DNA of 63,832 bases, the filler included. It is 6 parts of 6 records of this genome, joined end to end, with 100 filler letters (N's around TTAATTAATTAA, not from the genome) between each part and the next. Parts side by side here need not be neighbours in the genome. Positions count along the whole stretch, not along the records: positions 29,437 to 35,951 come from DRR723986_14197; positions 36,052 to 47,801 come from DRR723986_14199; 4 more parts are not named here. The stretch is one strand, 5' to 3'. The position numbers and the translations under genes are program-made. Below the pieces are notes generated by a model. That model did not search any database, was not told the DNA's origin, and was given only the letters and a program-made list of their open reading frames with translations. Position 1 is the first letter of the stretch, and the number at the start of each line of letters is the position of its first letter. Positions 29,797-39,548 of the stretch are shown one piece after another.

Positions 29797-30471
29797 TCAG
29801 CTTTCAGCTCGTTTTGCGGCGCGTGTACGCCAGAGGAAATAGACAGACATGGCAGCCCAGACCAAAGCCAGGCCAAACCACGTCACGACATATTGCAAGT
29901 GATCGTTGGGAATGCCCTTGGTATCTACGGGCAACGGCGTCACATTCGGGTCGGTTTTCGACTTTGCGATGACCAAAAGGGGTTCTGTACCCAAAACAGC
30001 AGGCACCACGTCCAGATCGCGCGCAAACCAGATGTTGGCGTCGATATCGGGATCAGGTGTGTATTGATCAATTTCATCGGGCCAATGCAGGTTGCCGATG
30101 ATCTCCATCTCACCAATCTGACGCGGGGTGTTTTTGTCCTCAATCGCGACAAATCCACGATCCACCAACAGGGTCCGGTCGTTGGTCAGAAACGGCGCAA
30201 GGATTCGATAGCCCGGCCCCACCTGTTTGACCGACACCAGAACATGCACCTCGCCCTCTAACATCTCGCCAGTCAGGCGCACGGGCAGATAGCGATCATT
30301 AACCGGGTCAGGATTACGTGGCACCGATACCGGATCGGCGCTGATACGCGCCTCTATATCCGCCAGCAATGTCTCTTTCTCATCCAGACGCTGCATTTGC
30401 CACAGGCCAAGTGACACCAGAATGGCCAAGCCAGTCAGACCAAAAATCAACGTGAACAGGACGCGGCCCAT
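29797..30471 (-). CDS. surf1: SURF1/Shy1 cytochrome oxidase assembly protein
   Basis: LGLWQMQRL..K, LVDRGFV, PNDHLQYVVTWFGLA. Confidence 0.93.
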   Translation of the reverse strand: MGRVLFTLIFGLTGLAILVSLGLWQMQRLDEKETLLADIEARISADPVSVPRNPDPVNDRYLPVRLTGEMLEGEVHVLVSVKQVGPGYRILAPFLTNDRTLLVDRGFVAIEDKNTPRQIGEMEIIGNLHWPDEIDQYTPDPDIDANIWFARDLDVVPAVLGTEPLLVIAKSKTDPNVTPLPVDTKGIPNDHLQYVVTWFGLALVWAAMSVYFLWRTRAAKRAES

Positions 30472-30563
30472 TGATGGCTCCGGTAGGATACGAAAACAGC
30501 GCGCGGTGATCCCGCGCGCCGTAGCTTGTTTAAGCTTTGTCAGCCGTTTTGCAACCGCCTGTC

Positions 30564-31409
30564 TTACAGAACCGCTTGGCCCCAGATGTAGACAGCGAAA
30601 AACAGGAACAACCAGACAACATCAACAAAGTGCCAGTACCAAGCTGCAGCTTCAAAACCGACGTGCTGCTCGGGGGTGAAATCCCCCTTCATCGCGCGGA
30701 TAAGACAAACGCCCAAGAACACAGTCCCGATCAGAACGTGAAAGCCGTGAAAACCAGTCGCCATGAAGAAGTTGGAATAGAACACGTCGTTGCCAAATTC
30801 CCAACCATCATGCAGCAGCAGTTCAGCATATTCATAAGCCTGCAGACCGGTGAACGCGATGCCCAAGAGGATACCAATCGACAGACCCTGGATCAGCGCC
30901 TTGCGGTCGTTGTTGTGAACCAGCGCGTGGTGCGCCCATGTCACGGCACAGCCCGACAGCAGCAAGACCAACGTGTTGATCAGTGGCAGGTGGAACGGGT
31001 CAACCGTGTGAATCGCTGGCTGGATATATTCGGTGCCGATATAGTCCTGCATCGGGTACATGGCGTGCTTAAAGAACGACCAGAACCAAGCGAAAAAGAA
31101 CATCACTTCGGACATAACGAAGAAGATAAAGCCATAGCGCAGGCCGATGCGTACAACCAAAGTGTGGTCGCCTGTGTTGCCTTCGGTGACCATTTTCGCC
31201 CACCAGTCAAACATGGTGTACAACACCATCGCGAGACCGATCAGGAACATCCATGGGCCGGTCAGCTCAACAGCACCGCCCAACGTTGGCACAGGGCCGG
31301 CCATCCAGACAACGGCGCCAAATAGCATGATAAAGCCACCAAATGCACCAAGCAGGGGCAAGATCGATGGGGGCAGAATGTGATAGTCGTGGTTCTTAGC
31401 ATGTGCCAT
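30564..31409 (-). CDS. ctaE: Cytochrome c oxidase subunit III
   Basis: [34 protein letters not shown]. Confidence 0.97.
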   Translation of the reverse strand: MAHAKNHDYHILPPSILPLLGAFGGFIMLFGAVVWMAGPVPTLGGAVELTGPWMFLIGLAMVLYTMFDWWAKMVTEGNTGDHTLVVRIGLRYGFIFFVMSEVMFFFAWFWSFFKHAMYPMQDYIGTEYIQPAIHTVDPFHLPLINTLVLLLSGCAVTWAHHALVHNNDRKALIQGLSIGILLGIAFTGLQAYEYAELLLHDGWEFGNDVFYSNFFMATGFHGFHVLIGTVFLGVCLIRAMKGDFTPEQHVGFEAAAWYWHFVDVVWLFLFFAVYIWGQAVL

Positions 31410-31432
31410 TTAAGTGTCCCTCACCTAGCGGC

Positions 31433-32008
31433 TTAGTTCAATTTATTGTCTGCCTTGGTTTCAAGAGCCGCGTAGCCCTCTGGCAGATCAATTTCGTGGA
31501 AAGTATACGATAGCGTTATCGTATGTACATATTTGCCTTCCCGATCTGTTACGATCTCGGGATCGACAAAAAAGGTCACGGGCATTTGCACCCGTTCACC
31601 CGGTTGCAGCACCTGCTCTTCAAAGCAAAAGCACTGAATCTTTTCAAAGAACGCACCTGCGGAATACGGCGTCACGTTATAAGACGCCGCGCCCGCGACA
31701 GGGCGGTCTGTTGGATTGTATGCCTCGTAGAATGCCAGACCGGTTTCCCCGATCCGCATTTCCATCTGACGCACCACGGGTTTGAATTCCCACGGCATGT
31801 CACGGTCTTTGGACGCATCGAACCGGACCTTGATGGTCTGGTTCAGGATTTCATCAGACCCTGCCGTCGCAACACCCGTCACGCCGCCAAATCCAGTCAC
31901 CCGGCAAAACCAGTCATAAAACGGCACAGACGCCCACGACAGACCACCCATCAGGACAACCACGCCGACCAGCTGTAGCACCGTCTTTTTGGGACCGCTC
32001 ATCGCCAT
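31433..32008 (-). CDS. ctaG: Cox11/CtaG copper chaperone
   Basis: VPFYDWFCRVTG, KIQCFCFEEQ, TLSYTF. Confidence 0.95.
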   Translation of the reverse strand: MAMSGPKKTVLQLVGVVVLMGGLSWASVPFYDWFCRVTGFGGVTGVATAGSDEILNQTIKVRFDASKDRDMPWEFKPVVRQMEMRIGETGLAFYEAYNPTDRPVAGAASYNVTPYSAGAFFEKIQCFCFEEQVLQPGERVQMPVTFFVDPEIVTDREGKYVHTITLSYTFHEIDLPEGYAALETKADNKLN

Positions 32009-32169
32009 CAGTTCTGCACCTCAGCGCGGGGCACTTCGAACCCGCCACTTGTCACCTTGGCCACAGTTAGCCCGAAAACGATCACGATGAATGCAGCCAA
32101 CGTCAGACCCACGCCTAAGTTCCGGCTATAGCGACGTTCGTGGATCTCGTGTTCTTTGCGCAGGCTCAT
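32008..32169 (-). CDS. 53-aa single-TM protein in the cox operon (not in the ORF track)
   Basis: MSLRKEHEIHERRYSRNLGVGLTLAAFIVIVFGLTVAKVTSGGFEVPRAEVQN*. Start overlaps the ctaB stop (ATGA); stop overlaps the ctaG start. Confidence 0.85.
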   Translation of the reverse strand: MSLRKEHEIHERRYSRNLGVGLTLAAFIVIVFGLTVAKVTSGGFEVPRAEVQN

Positions 32170-33110
32170 GACCAGCCTCCCAATCCGTATGGTTTCAGCA
32201 CGGCCTCAACCAGAATCGCACCAAAGTGCAGGAAGAGGTACAGCAGCGACAGCTTGAAAAAGCTCCGCTCGGCTTTGAAATCATCCACTTCGGAATCATC
32301 TTCGTTACGGCGCAAAATCTTCCACGCACCCAACAGGAACAGCGCGTTCATCACAACTGCAACCGCCAGATAGATCGGTCCGCCAATGCCCGAGAACGCA
32401 GTGCCCACAGCCAAAATGGCCAGCAACACCGTGTAGACCAGAATATGGACCCGCGTCGCGCGACGCCCATGGGTCACGGTCAACATCGGTACACCCGCAT
32501 CGTCGTAGTCCGAGCGCATGAACAGCGCTAAGGCCCAGAAATGCGGCGGCGTCCACATAAATGTCAGGGCGAACATCAACCACGGCTCCAGCGTCATCGA
32601 TCCGGTCGCCGCAATCCAGCCGATCACCGGCGGAAAGGCCCCCGCTGCGCCACCAATAACAATGTTATGGGGCGTCGAACGCTTGAGCCACATGGTATAG
32701 ATCACCACGTAAAAGAAAATCGTAAAGGCCAGAAACAGACCCGCAAACACATTGGCGGCCAGCGCCAGCATGATCACGGCCAAGCCCGACAGCGCCATGC
32801 CCAACGACAGGGCTTCGCCTTCGGTGACCTTGCCCGCAGGAATCGGACGCCCCTTGGTGCGCTTCATCACGCGGTCGATGTCAGCATCCCACCACATGTT
32901 CAACGCGCCAGACGCGCCACCGCCAATGGCAATGAACAAAATAGCGCAGAACGCGATCACGGGATTGACCGAAACCGGTGCAGCCACCAACCCAACCAGA
33001 GCCGTAAACACAACCAAGGACATGACTCGAGGCTTCAGCAGGGCGAAATAATCGCCAAACTGCGCCTCGTCTTCCCGAATGGTGCTGGCGTTGATGCTTG
33101 CGTCGCTCAT
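32166..33110 (-). CDS. ctaB: Protoheme IX farnesyltransferase
   Basis: LLKPRVMSL, DADIDRVMKRTKGRP, YTMWLKR, WTPPHFWAL. Confidence 0.96.
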   Translation of the reverse strand: MSDASINASTIREDEAQFGDYFALLKPRVMSLVVFTALVGLVAAPVSVNPVIAFCAILFIAIGGGASGALNMWWDADIDRVMKRTKGRPIPAGKVTEGEALSLGMALSGLAVIMLALAANVFAGLFLAFTIFFYVVIYTMWLKRSTPHNIVIGGAAGAFPPVIGWIAATGSMTLEPWLMFALTFMWTPPHFWALALFMRSDYDDAGVPMLTVTHGRRATRVHILVYTVLLAILAVGTAFSGIGGPIYLAVAVVMNALFLLGAWKILRRNEDDSEVDDFKAERSFFKLSLLYLFLHFGAILVEAVLKPYGLGGWS

Positions 33111-33200
33111 CTTTGGTCCTCTGAGGGCGAAAGGTGCGCAAATTGCGCACCCGACGTCTTATGGCGAATGATGGGGTTGCCCCCATCCGATCGCGGCAAT

Positions 33201-34037
33201 TTACTTAGAAGCAACCTGAAAGTTCTGCGGCAGACCCGCGAACTCTTCGATCGCCCCCTTCAGCCATGCGTCATAGGCTTCTTGGCTGACCACTTTGACG
33301 GTGATCGGCATATATGCGTGGTCTTTGCCGCACAGTTCCGAACACTGACCAAAGTAAATGCCTTCTTTTTCTGCGTTGAACCACAGCTCGGCCAAACGAC
33401 CAGGAACCGCGTCCTGCTTTACGCCAAACGCTGGGATGGTCCAAGAATGGATCACGTCCGCGCCTGTCACCTGCATCACGATGGTCTTGCCCACGGGCAC
33501 AACAACGGCGGTGTCAGTGGCCAACAGATACTCATCTTGGCTGTAACCCGCAGCTTCCAGGCCTTCACGACCTAGCATAAAGCTCTCAAAGCCGAACTCG
33601 TGGTCGACATACTCATAGCCCCAGTACCACTGGTAACCTGTCACCTTGATGGTGATGTCGCCTTCGGGAATTTCCTGCTGCTTGAACAGAACCGGCAAGC
33701 TGAACGCACCAATAAAGACAAGGATCAAGATGGGGCCAATGGTCCACAGGATCTCGATCGGGGTGTTGTGGGTAAAGCTGGATGGGGTTGGGTTGGCGCG
33801 GCGGTTAAAGCGCATGATGCAGTACAGCATCAACCCAGCAACAAACACACAGACCACGGTGATGATCACCAGAATCATCCAGTCCAGCGACTGCAAGTCA
33901 CGTGCCAATTCCGTTGCGGCAGGCTGAAAGCCCATGGCGCCATCAACAGGTTTTCCGATAATCTCCAGATCCTGCGCGGCGGCCGGCAAGCTGGAAAGGG
34001 CAGCGAAAAGCCCTGAAAGCGTCAAAACGTTCTTCAT
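33201..34037 (-). CDS. ctaC: Cytochrome c oxidase subunit II
   Basis: [28 protein letters not shown]uA site. Confidence 0.97.
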   Translation of the reverse strand: MKNVLTLSGLFAALSSLPAAAQDLEIIGKPVDGAMGFQPAATELARDLQSLDWMILVIITVVCVFVAGLMLYCIMRFNRRANPTPSSFTHNTPIEILWTIGPILILVFIGAFSLPVLFKQQEIPEGDITIKVTGYQWYWGYEYVDHEFGFESFMLGREGLEAAGYSQDEYLLATDTAVVVPVGKTIVMQVTGADVIHSWTIPAFGVKQDAVPGRLAELWFNAEKEGIYFGQCSELCGKDHAYMPITVKVVSQEAYDAWLKGAIEEFAGLPQNFQVASK

Positions 34038-34159
34038 GTCGTGTCCTGATCGGTTGATCTTTATGTCCCTAACAGGGTCGGTGAATCAAAAATTCCCGCC
34101 CCGTTGTCTTTAACGACGCTAGAAACCATATTCCGGGTAGCAGATAAAGCAAAATGCTT

Positions 34160-34174
34160 GCGTCAAACGGACGC
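34160..34174. promoter_or_regulatory. RegA/PrrA(RegR)-type box
   Basis: GCGTC-AAACG-GACGC, perfect 5-5-5 inverted repeat resembling GCGGC-N5-GTCGC, in the ctaC/tldD divergent region. Confidence 0.55.
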
Positions 34175-34179
34175 TATTT

Positions 34180-34193
34180 TTGATCCAGATCAA
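34180..34193. promoter_or_regulatory. FnrL/FNR box
   Basis: TTGAT-CCAG-ATCAA, perfect consensus upstream of the aa3 oxidase operon. Confidence 0.85.
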
Positions 34194-34211
34194 ACCACGA
34201 GGCCCCGGCAC

Positions 34212-35633
34212 ATGCCCAAAGACCCATTTCGCCCCTTCGAAACCACTCTTCCGCGTGACGAAGCTCTCCGAGTCCTCCAAGACGCGACCGCCGGGGCCGA
34301 AGACGGCGACCTCTTTGTCGAGCGGCGCAAATCCGAAGCACTGATGTTTGACGACGGGCGCTTGCGCTCGGCCTCCTACGACGCCTCCGAAGGGTTCGGC
34401 CTGCGCGCGGTGCAGGGCGATGTCGCCGGATATGCCCATTCCACCGAGCTTTCGATTCCCGCGATGAAGCGCGCCGCCGAAACCGCGCGCCTTGCGGTTG
34501 GCGATGGGGGCGGCACCCTTGCGGTCGCGCCCCGCCCCACGAACGTCCGTCTCTATACAGATGACGATCCTATCGAATCCGCGTCTTTTCCGGTCAAGAT
34601 CGAAACCCTGCGCGAAATGGATGCCTTTGCCCGCGACATGGATCCGCGCGTCGTTCAGGTCTCGGCCACCATCGCCGCCTCGGTGCAAGAGGTCGAGATC
34701 CTGCGCCCCGACGGAATGCACGTGCGCGATGTCCGCCCGATGACCCGCGTCAATATCTCTGTCATCGTTGAACAGAACGGGCGACGCGAAAGCGGTTCGG
34801 CCGGTGGCGGCGGGCGTGTTGGCCTTGATGGTCTGATCGCCCCCGAAGATTGGCAAGCCAAGGCGCGCGAGGCCCTGCGCATTGCCCTTGTGAATCTCGA
34901 AGCCGTCCCCGCCCCGGCGGGCGTGATGGAGGTCGCGCTTGGCCCCGGCTGGCCGGGCATCTTGTTGCACGAGGCCATCGGTCACGGGCTCGAGGGCGAT
35001 TTCAATCGCAAGGGCACTTCGGCTTTCGCCGGTCTGATGGGGCAGCGCGTCGCCGCCAAAGGCGTCACCGTTCTCGATGACGGCACCCTGCCCGACCGGC
35101 GCGGTTCCATCAGTGTCGATGACGAAGGCACCCCCTCGAACAAAACCACCCTGATCGAAGACGGCATTCTGGTCGGCTTCATGCAAGACCGTCAAAACGC
35201 GCGCCTAATGGGGGTAGACCCCACCGGCAACGGGCGGCGTCAAAGCTATGCCTACAAACCAATGCCCCGCATGACCAACACCTATATGTTGGGCGGCGAT
35301 GCCAACCCCGCCGATCTGGTGGCAGAAATCAAAGACGGCATCTGGGCGGTTGGATTCGGTGGCGGTCAGGTCGACATCACCAACGGCAAGTTCGTGTTTT
35401 CCTGTACCGAAGCTTACCGCGTCGAAAACGGCAAGATCGGCGCGCCGGTCAAAGGCGCCACACTGATCGGTGACGGCGCCTCGGCCCTCAAACGGGTTCG
35501 CGGTTTGGGCAATGACATGGCGCTGGACCCCGGAATGGGCACCTGTGGCAAGGAAGGGCAATCCGTGCCAGTCGGTGTTGGCCAACCCACGGTTCTGATG
35601 GATGGGCTGACGGTCGGCGGCTCGGCTGCCTAA
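34212..35633 (+). CDS. tldD: Metalloprotease TldD
   Basis: GFGLRAV, LLHEAIGHGLEGD, PRMTNTYM, CGKEGQSVPVGVGQP. Confidence 0.95.
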   Translation: MPKDPFRPFETTLPRDEALRVLQDATAGAEDGDLFVERRKSEALMFDDGRLRSASYDASEGFGLRAVQGDVAGYAHSTELSIPAMKRAAETARLAVGDGGGTLAVAPRPTNVRLYTDDDPIESASFPVKIETLREMDAFARDMDPRVVQVSATIAASVQEVEILRPDGMHVRDVRPMTRVNISVIVEQNGRRESGSAGGGGRVGLDGLIAPEDWQAKAREALRIALVNLEAVPAPAGVMEVALGPGWPGILLHEAIGHGLEGDFNRKGTSAFAGLMGQRVAAKGVTVLDDGTLPDRRGSISVDDEGTPSNKTTLIEDGILVGFMQDRQNARLMGVDPTGNGRRQSYAYKPMPRMTNTYMLGGDANPADLVAEIKDGIWAVGFGGGQVDITNGKFVFSCTEAYRVENGKIGAPVKGATLIGDGASALKRVRGLGNDMALDPGMGTCGKEGQSVPVGVGQPTVLMDGLTVGGSAA

Positions 35634-35701
35634 ATTTCAGGCTTAATATATTCCTTCACCACTGGGCGATCTCTTAAAGAGACTGCCCAGTGATTCCCCT
35701 C

Positions 35702-35750
35702 GGTGCATGGGGGTGCACGCCCGGTGCACAGGGGGTGCACGCATGGCACC
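35702..35750. repeat. GGTGCA repeats at 10-11-nt periodicity
   Basis: GGTGCA at 35702, 35712, 35723 and 35734, downstream of a hairpin at 35660-35692. Confidence 0.7.
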
Positions 35751-35830
35751 CCCCCTCAAATCCCTTATTTTGTTAGGTCTTAACCCTGACCCGAACCATT
35801 TTGAAAAAATCTGCATCTAATTTATAGCGA

Positions 35831-35846
35831 TTCACCGTGTGTTAAC
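35831..35846. promoter_or_regulatory. Putative CtrA box upstream of dprA
   Basis: TTCA-CCGTGTG-TTAAC versus TTAA-N7-TTAAC, 43 nt before the ATG at 35890. Confidence 0.55.
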
Positions 35847-35889
35847 CTGCGTACCGCTAAACCTGTCTTGCAAGCAGGCGGAGCAACGG

Positions 35890-35951
35890 ATGACCGAGGA
35901 TAAACTTTCTTCCAATCACCCCCCACCCCCACCCACCACGGAAGATGATCG
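35890..35951 (+). CDS. dprA: Probable DNA-processing protein DprA, 5' fragment (not in the ORF track)
   Basis: MTEDKLSSNHPPPPPTTEDDR matches the roseobacter DprA N-terminus as I recall it; tldD-dprA synteny; GGAG SD. Confidence 0.65.
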
Positions 35952-36051
35952 NNNNNNNNNNNNNNNNNNNNNNNNNNNNNNNNNNNNNNNNNNNNTTAAT
36001 TAATTAANNNNNNNNNNNNNNNNNNNNNNNNNNNNNNNNNNNNNNNNNNNN
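35952..36051. other. Artificial contig spacer
   Basis: N44-TTAATTAATTAA-N44. Confidence 0.99.
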
Positions 36052-36052
36052 G

Positions 36053-36160
36053 TGGCTGCGCGCCTTCTGCCCGCAAGCCTGTTATGCCGGCGGGCCAGGC
36101 AAGTTCCGCTATCTGCTCTACAAGGATGTCAACCGGCACATGAAACTCAGTCGCGGCTGA
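36053..36160 (+). CDS. 3' end of an unidentified CDS
   Basis: Frame WLRAFCPQACYAGGPGKFRYLLYKDVNRHMKLSRG* with GC3-rich codons; family not recognised. Confidence 0.45.
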   Translation, partial: WLRAFCPQACYAGGPGKFRYLLYKDVNRHMKLSRG

Positions 36161-36358
36161 AAGGCAGACTGAGAAAATGAGTCCGGATACGTCGACAAGA
36201 TATTGATACCACGAGACTAGATGGCTCTGGAGGCCATAGCGAAAACCGGAACGGCATTTCCGTGTTTCCTGCACTACTTGGCGTGACGGGTTGGTCCCAT
36301 GATCAAGCCATGGGGGGCCGGTGTTGGTTGGCGTTGGGATGTCATTTGAGAGAAAGAC

Positions 36359-36384
36359 AAAAGGCGGCTCGAAGGCCGCCTTTC
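36359..36384 (-). terminator. Rho-independent terminator of the RND operon
   Basis: AAAAGGCGGC-TCGAAG-GCCGCCTTT hairpin with a T-run on the minus strand, ~27 nt past the stop. Confidence 0.75.
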
Positions 36385-36410
36385 AAGTTTGTGAGTGACC
36401 GCGTCTGGGG

Positions 36411-39400
36411 TTACTTGGCCGGAACAGCATCCGCAGGGACTGACGGCTCCGCCTTCGCCTTGTTTTTCTTCGGCGGGCGAACCCGGAAGAACAGGGCATA
36501 GAGCACGGGTGCGGCAATCAGGGTCAGCACGGTGGCAAACGCCAGACCGCCCATGATCGTCACTGCCATGCCCCGGAAGAAGGCATCCGACAGGAGCGGT
36601 GCCATGCCGAGGATGGTGGTAATCGCCGCCAGCATCACTGGCCGCATACGCGAGACGCTTGCGTCGACGATTGCCTGGTATTTGTCCCTGCCCTCGCCAA
36701 TCAGAAGATCGATCTCTTCCAGAAGCACGATGGCATTCTTGATCAGCATGCCGGAAAGCGACAGGAAGCCGAGCAGCGACATGAAGCCGAAGGCTGTGTC
36801 CGTGGCCAGCAAGGCAATGGCAACACCATTGATCGACATGGGCACCATCAGCCAGATGATCAGCGGCTGACGCACGGAGCCGAACAGCAGGATCGAAATG
36901 ATCAGCATGACCAGGAACCCAAGCGGCAACTGCGCACCCAGGGACTCCTGCGCATCGTTGGTGCTTTCATATTCACCGCCCCACTCCAGCGCATAGCCCG
37001 GAGGCAGCTCGATGGCCTCGATTTGCGGACGGACCCTTGCAAGAGCAGCGGTCGCGGTTTCGCCCGCAGTCGTCTCAGCCTTCACCGTAAGCGTGCGCAC
37101 GCGATCACGGCGATGGATGAGCGTATCCTGAGGCTCCATCACGAATTCCCGCACAACCTGCTCGATCGGCACATAGCGGCGCTCATTGCTGCTCAGGACC
37201 AGGGAGTCCGACACGCTCTCGTTAACGGAGATGCCGTTCTGCTCGGCCTTGCGGGCGACTATCGGAATGCTCTCGTCGACATCACGGTAGGAGCCGACAC
37301 GAATGCCTTCGGTCGAAAACTGCAAGGCGACCGACAACTCCTCGCGAGTCACGCCGGAAATACGGGCGCGGTCTTCATCGAAGATCGGCCGCACGACAAG
37401 TTCGCGCTGGCGCCAGTTCGTGTTGACGTCTGCAAGCTTGTTGTCAGGCATCGCGAAGATCGCCTGCGCCTCGTTGCCGAGCCGCTTGAGCTCATCCGCC
37501 TCCGGACCGGAGAACCGTGCCTCGATCTTGGCACCGCCACCGGGACCGAACACCAGGCGCTTGGTGATGATCTGAGCAGACGGGAAACGTTCGGCGAACT
37601 GCTCCCTCAACTCAAGCGCCAGCATGTCGATCTCTTCACGATCATGCGTCCGGATGATCATGTGACCATAGGCCGGGTTGGCGTCTTCCGGTGCGTAGGT
37701 CAGCATGAAACGCGTTGCACCACCGCCCGCAAAGCTTGTGACGGTTGCCACCCGCTCATCCGTGAGGACGATTTTCTCCATCTCCTTCAGGTCCGCCTCG
37801 GTCGACCGGATATCGGTTCCCTGGGGTGACCAGTAATGGACATAGAAGATCGGTGTGTTGCTGTCCGGAAAGAAGGCCTGCTTCACGTTGCCGAAGGCCA
37901 TGACACAGACAACAGTGATCCCGACAAGGGCGGCAACGGTCAGCAGCCGGACATGCAGGGAACCGATCAGAATCCCGCGATAGGCCCTGTAGAGAATGCC
38001 CTTGTAAGGGTCATGATCGTCCAGATTGCCGGTGGCGGTTCTGAAGAAGTACTTGCCGAACAGCGGGGTTACCGTGATCGCGAAGACCCACGACAACAGC
38101 AGCGATATCCCGATCACGGCAAACAACGAGAACAGAAACTCACCGGTAGCATCCGGCGACAGGCCGATGCCGGAAAATGCCATGATGCCGATGACAGTTG
38201 CCCCCAGCAACGGCCACATGGTCTGAGCGACGACGCGGCTGGCTGCCTCGATCGCCTTCTGGCCACGCTGCATGTTGATCATCATGCCTTCCGCCACGAC
38301 GATGGCGTTGTCCACCAGCATGCCCATGGCAATGATAAGCGCACCGAGCGAGATGCGCTCCATCTCGATGGCGAAGATGCGCATGAACAGAACGGTGGCC
38401 ATCACGGTCAACAGAAGCACTGTGCCGACCACGATTGCTGCGCGCCACCCCATGAACAGCGCCAGAACACCGATCACGATGACGACGGAGGCCGCAAGGT
38501 TCATGATGAAGCCGTTTACGGATTCATCGACCACGATATTCTGCTCGTAGATGGGATGGATCTGCATGCCGACCGGCAATTGCGCTTCGACGGCGGCAAG
38601 CTTCTCGATCACCCGTTCGCCGACTTCGACAATATTGGTGCCATCGACCTGAGACACGCCGATCGTCACTGCCGCGTGACCATCATGGCGTATCAACCTG
38701 TCCGGCCTCTCCGGCTCGCCCAACTCCAGCGTCGCGATGTCGGACAGGCGGATCATTGCCGTCGACCCTGCCCTGCCGATGACGAGATCCTGAATGCCGC
38801 GGAAGTCGTCAAAGGCGGAAGCCGTCATGAGGCGAATGCGTTTGTCACCTGAAACACCCGACCCGTTGGTCTGAATACGGTTTTCCGCATCCAGCACACC
38901 GATCACGTCGGTGAAGGTGATGCCGAGCCCAGCCATCTTGTCCTGATTGACATTCAGGTAGATGACATCCTGCGGTTCGCCGGCAACTTCCACCTTGCCG
39001 ACCCCGGGAACCGTCAGGAGTTCGCGCCGGATACGCTTGACCGTGTCGCGAATGTCCCGGTTGGTATAACCGTCGGCAGTGAAGGCGTAGAAAAGACCAT
39101 AAACATCGCCGAAATCGTCATAGACCAGCGGCGTTCCCGCCCCTGTCGGCAGGTTCCGGACCTCGTCATTGACCTTGCGCCGCAATTCGTCCCAGACCTG
39201 AGGCAATTCCTCGCCGTCGTAGGTTGGCTTGATTTCGACGCTGATGCGCGACAAGCCGGGCTCCGACACGGATGTGATCAGATCCAGTTGCGGCATCTGC
39301 TGGATGGCCGTTTCGAGGTTTTCGGTAATTTCGTTTTCGACTTCAGCCGCAGTTGCGCCTGGATAGCTGGTGATCACCTGAGCCTGCTTGATGGTGAACG

Positions 39401-39515
39401 CAGGATCTTCCAGCCGCCCCACAGTGGACAGGCCCCAGAGCCCGCCCAGAAGCGACATGATCACGATCATCCAGGTGTTGACCGGCTTTTGAATGGAGTA
39501 GCGTGCAATATCCAA
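36411..39515 (-). CDS. RND efflux permease (AcrB/VmeI-like)
   Basis: 1034 aa; RLEDP.F, GMLVDNAIVV, GMLIKNAIVL, RMRPVMLAAITTILG. Confidence 0.95.
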   Translation of the reverse strand: MDIARYSIQKPVNTWMIVIMSLLGGLWGLSTVGRLEDPAFTIKQAQVITSYPGATAAEVENEITENLETAIQQMPQLDLITSVSEPGLSRISVEIKPTYDGEELPQVWDELRRKVNDEVRNLPTGAGTPLVYDDFGDVYGLFYAFTADGYTNRDIRDTVKRIRRELLTVPGVGKVEVAGEPQDVIYLNVNQDKMAGLGITFTDVIGVLDAENRIQTNGSGVSGDKRIRLMTASAFDDFRGIQDLVIGRAGSTAMIRLSDIATLELGEPERPDRLIRHDGHAAVTIGVSQVDGTNIVEVGERVIEKLAAVEAQLPVGMQIHPIYEQNIVVDESVNGFIMNLAASVVIVIGVLALFMGWRAAIVVGTVLLLTVMATVLFMRIFAIEMERISLGALIIAMGMLVDNAIVVAEGMMINMQRGQKAIEAASRVVAQTMWPLLGATVIGIMAFSGIGLSPDATGEFLFSLFAVIGISLLLSWVFAITVTPLFGKYFFRTATGNLDDHDPYKGILYRAYRGILIGSLHVRLLTVAALVGITVVCVMAFGNVKQAFFPDSNTPIFYVHYWSPQGTDIRSTEADLKEMEKIVLTDERVATVTSFAGGGATRFMLTYAPEDANPAYGHMIIRTHDREEIDMLALELREQFAERFPSAQIITKRLVFGPGGGAKIEARFSGPEADELKRLGNEAQAIFAMPDNKLADVNTNWRQRELVVRPIFDEDRARISGVTREELSVALQFSTEGIRVGSYRDVDESIPIVARKAEQNGISVNESVSDSLVLSSNERRYVPIEQVVREFVMEPQDTLIHRRDRVRTLTVKAETTAGETATAALARVRPQIEAIELPPGYALEWGGEYESTNDAQESLGAQLPLGFLVMLIISILLFGSVRQPLIIWLMVPMSINGVAIALLATDTAFGFMSLLGFLSLSGMLIKNAIVLLEEIDLLIGEGRDKYQAIVDASVSRMRPVMLAAITTILGMAPLLSDAFFRGMAVTIMGGLAFATVLTLIAAPVLYALFFRVRPPKKNKAKAEPSVPADAVPAK

Positions 39516-39548
39516 GGTTTCTGATCCTCTTGCCTGTCCGGAACCGGA

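Noticed and set aside
30564..34037. Absence of subunit I (ctaD) from the cox cluster
   Set aside because: ctaD is normally encoded separately in Rhodobacteraceae.
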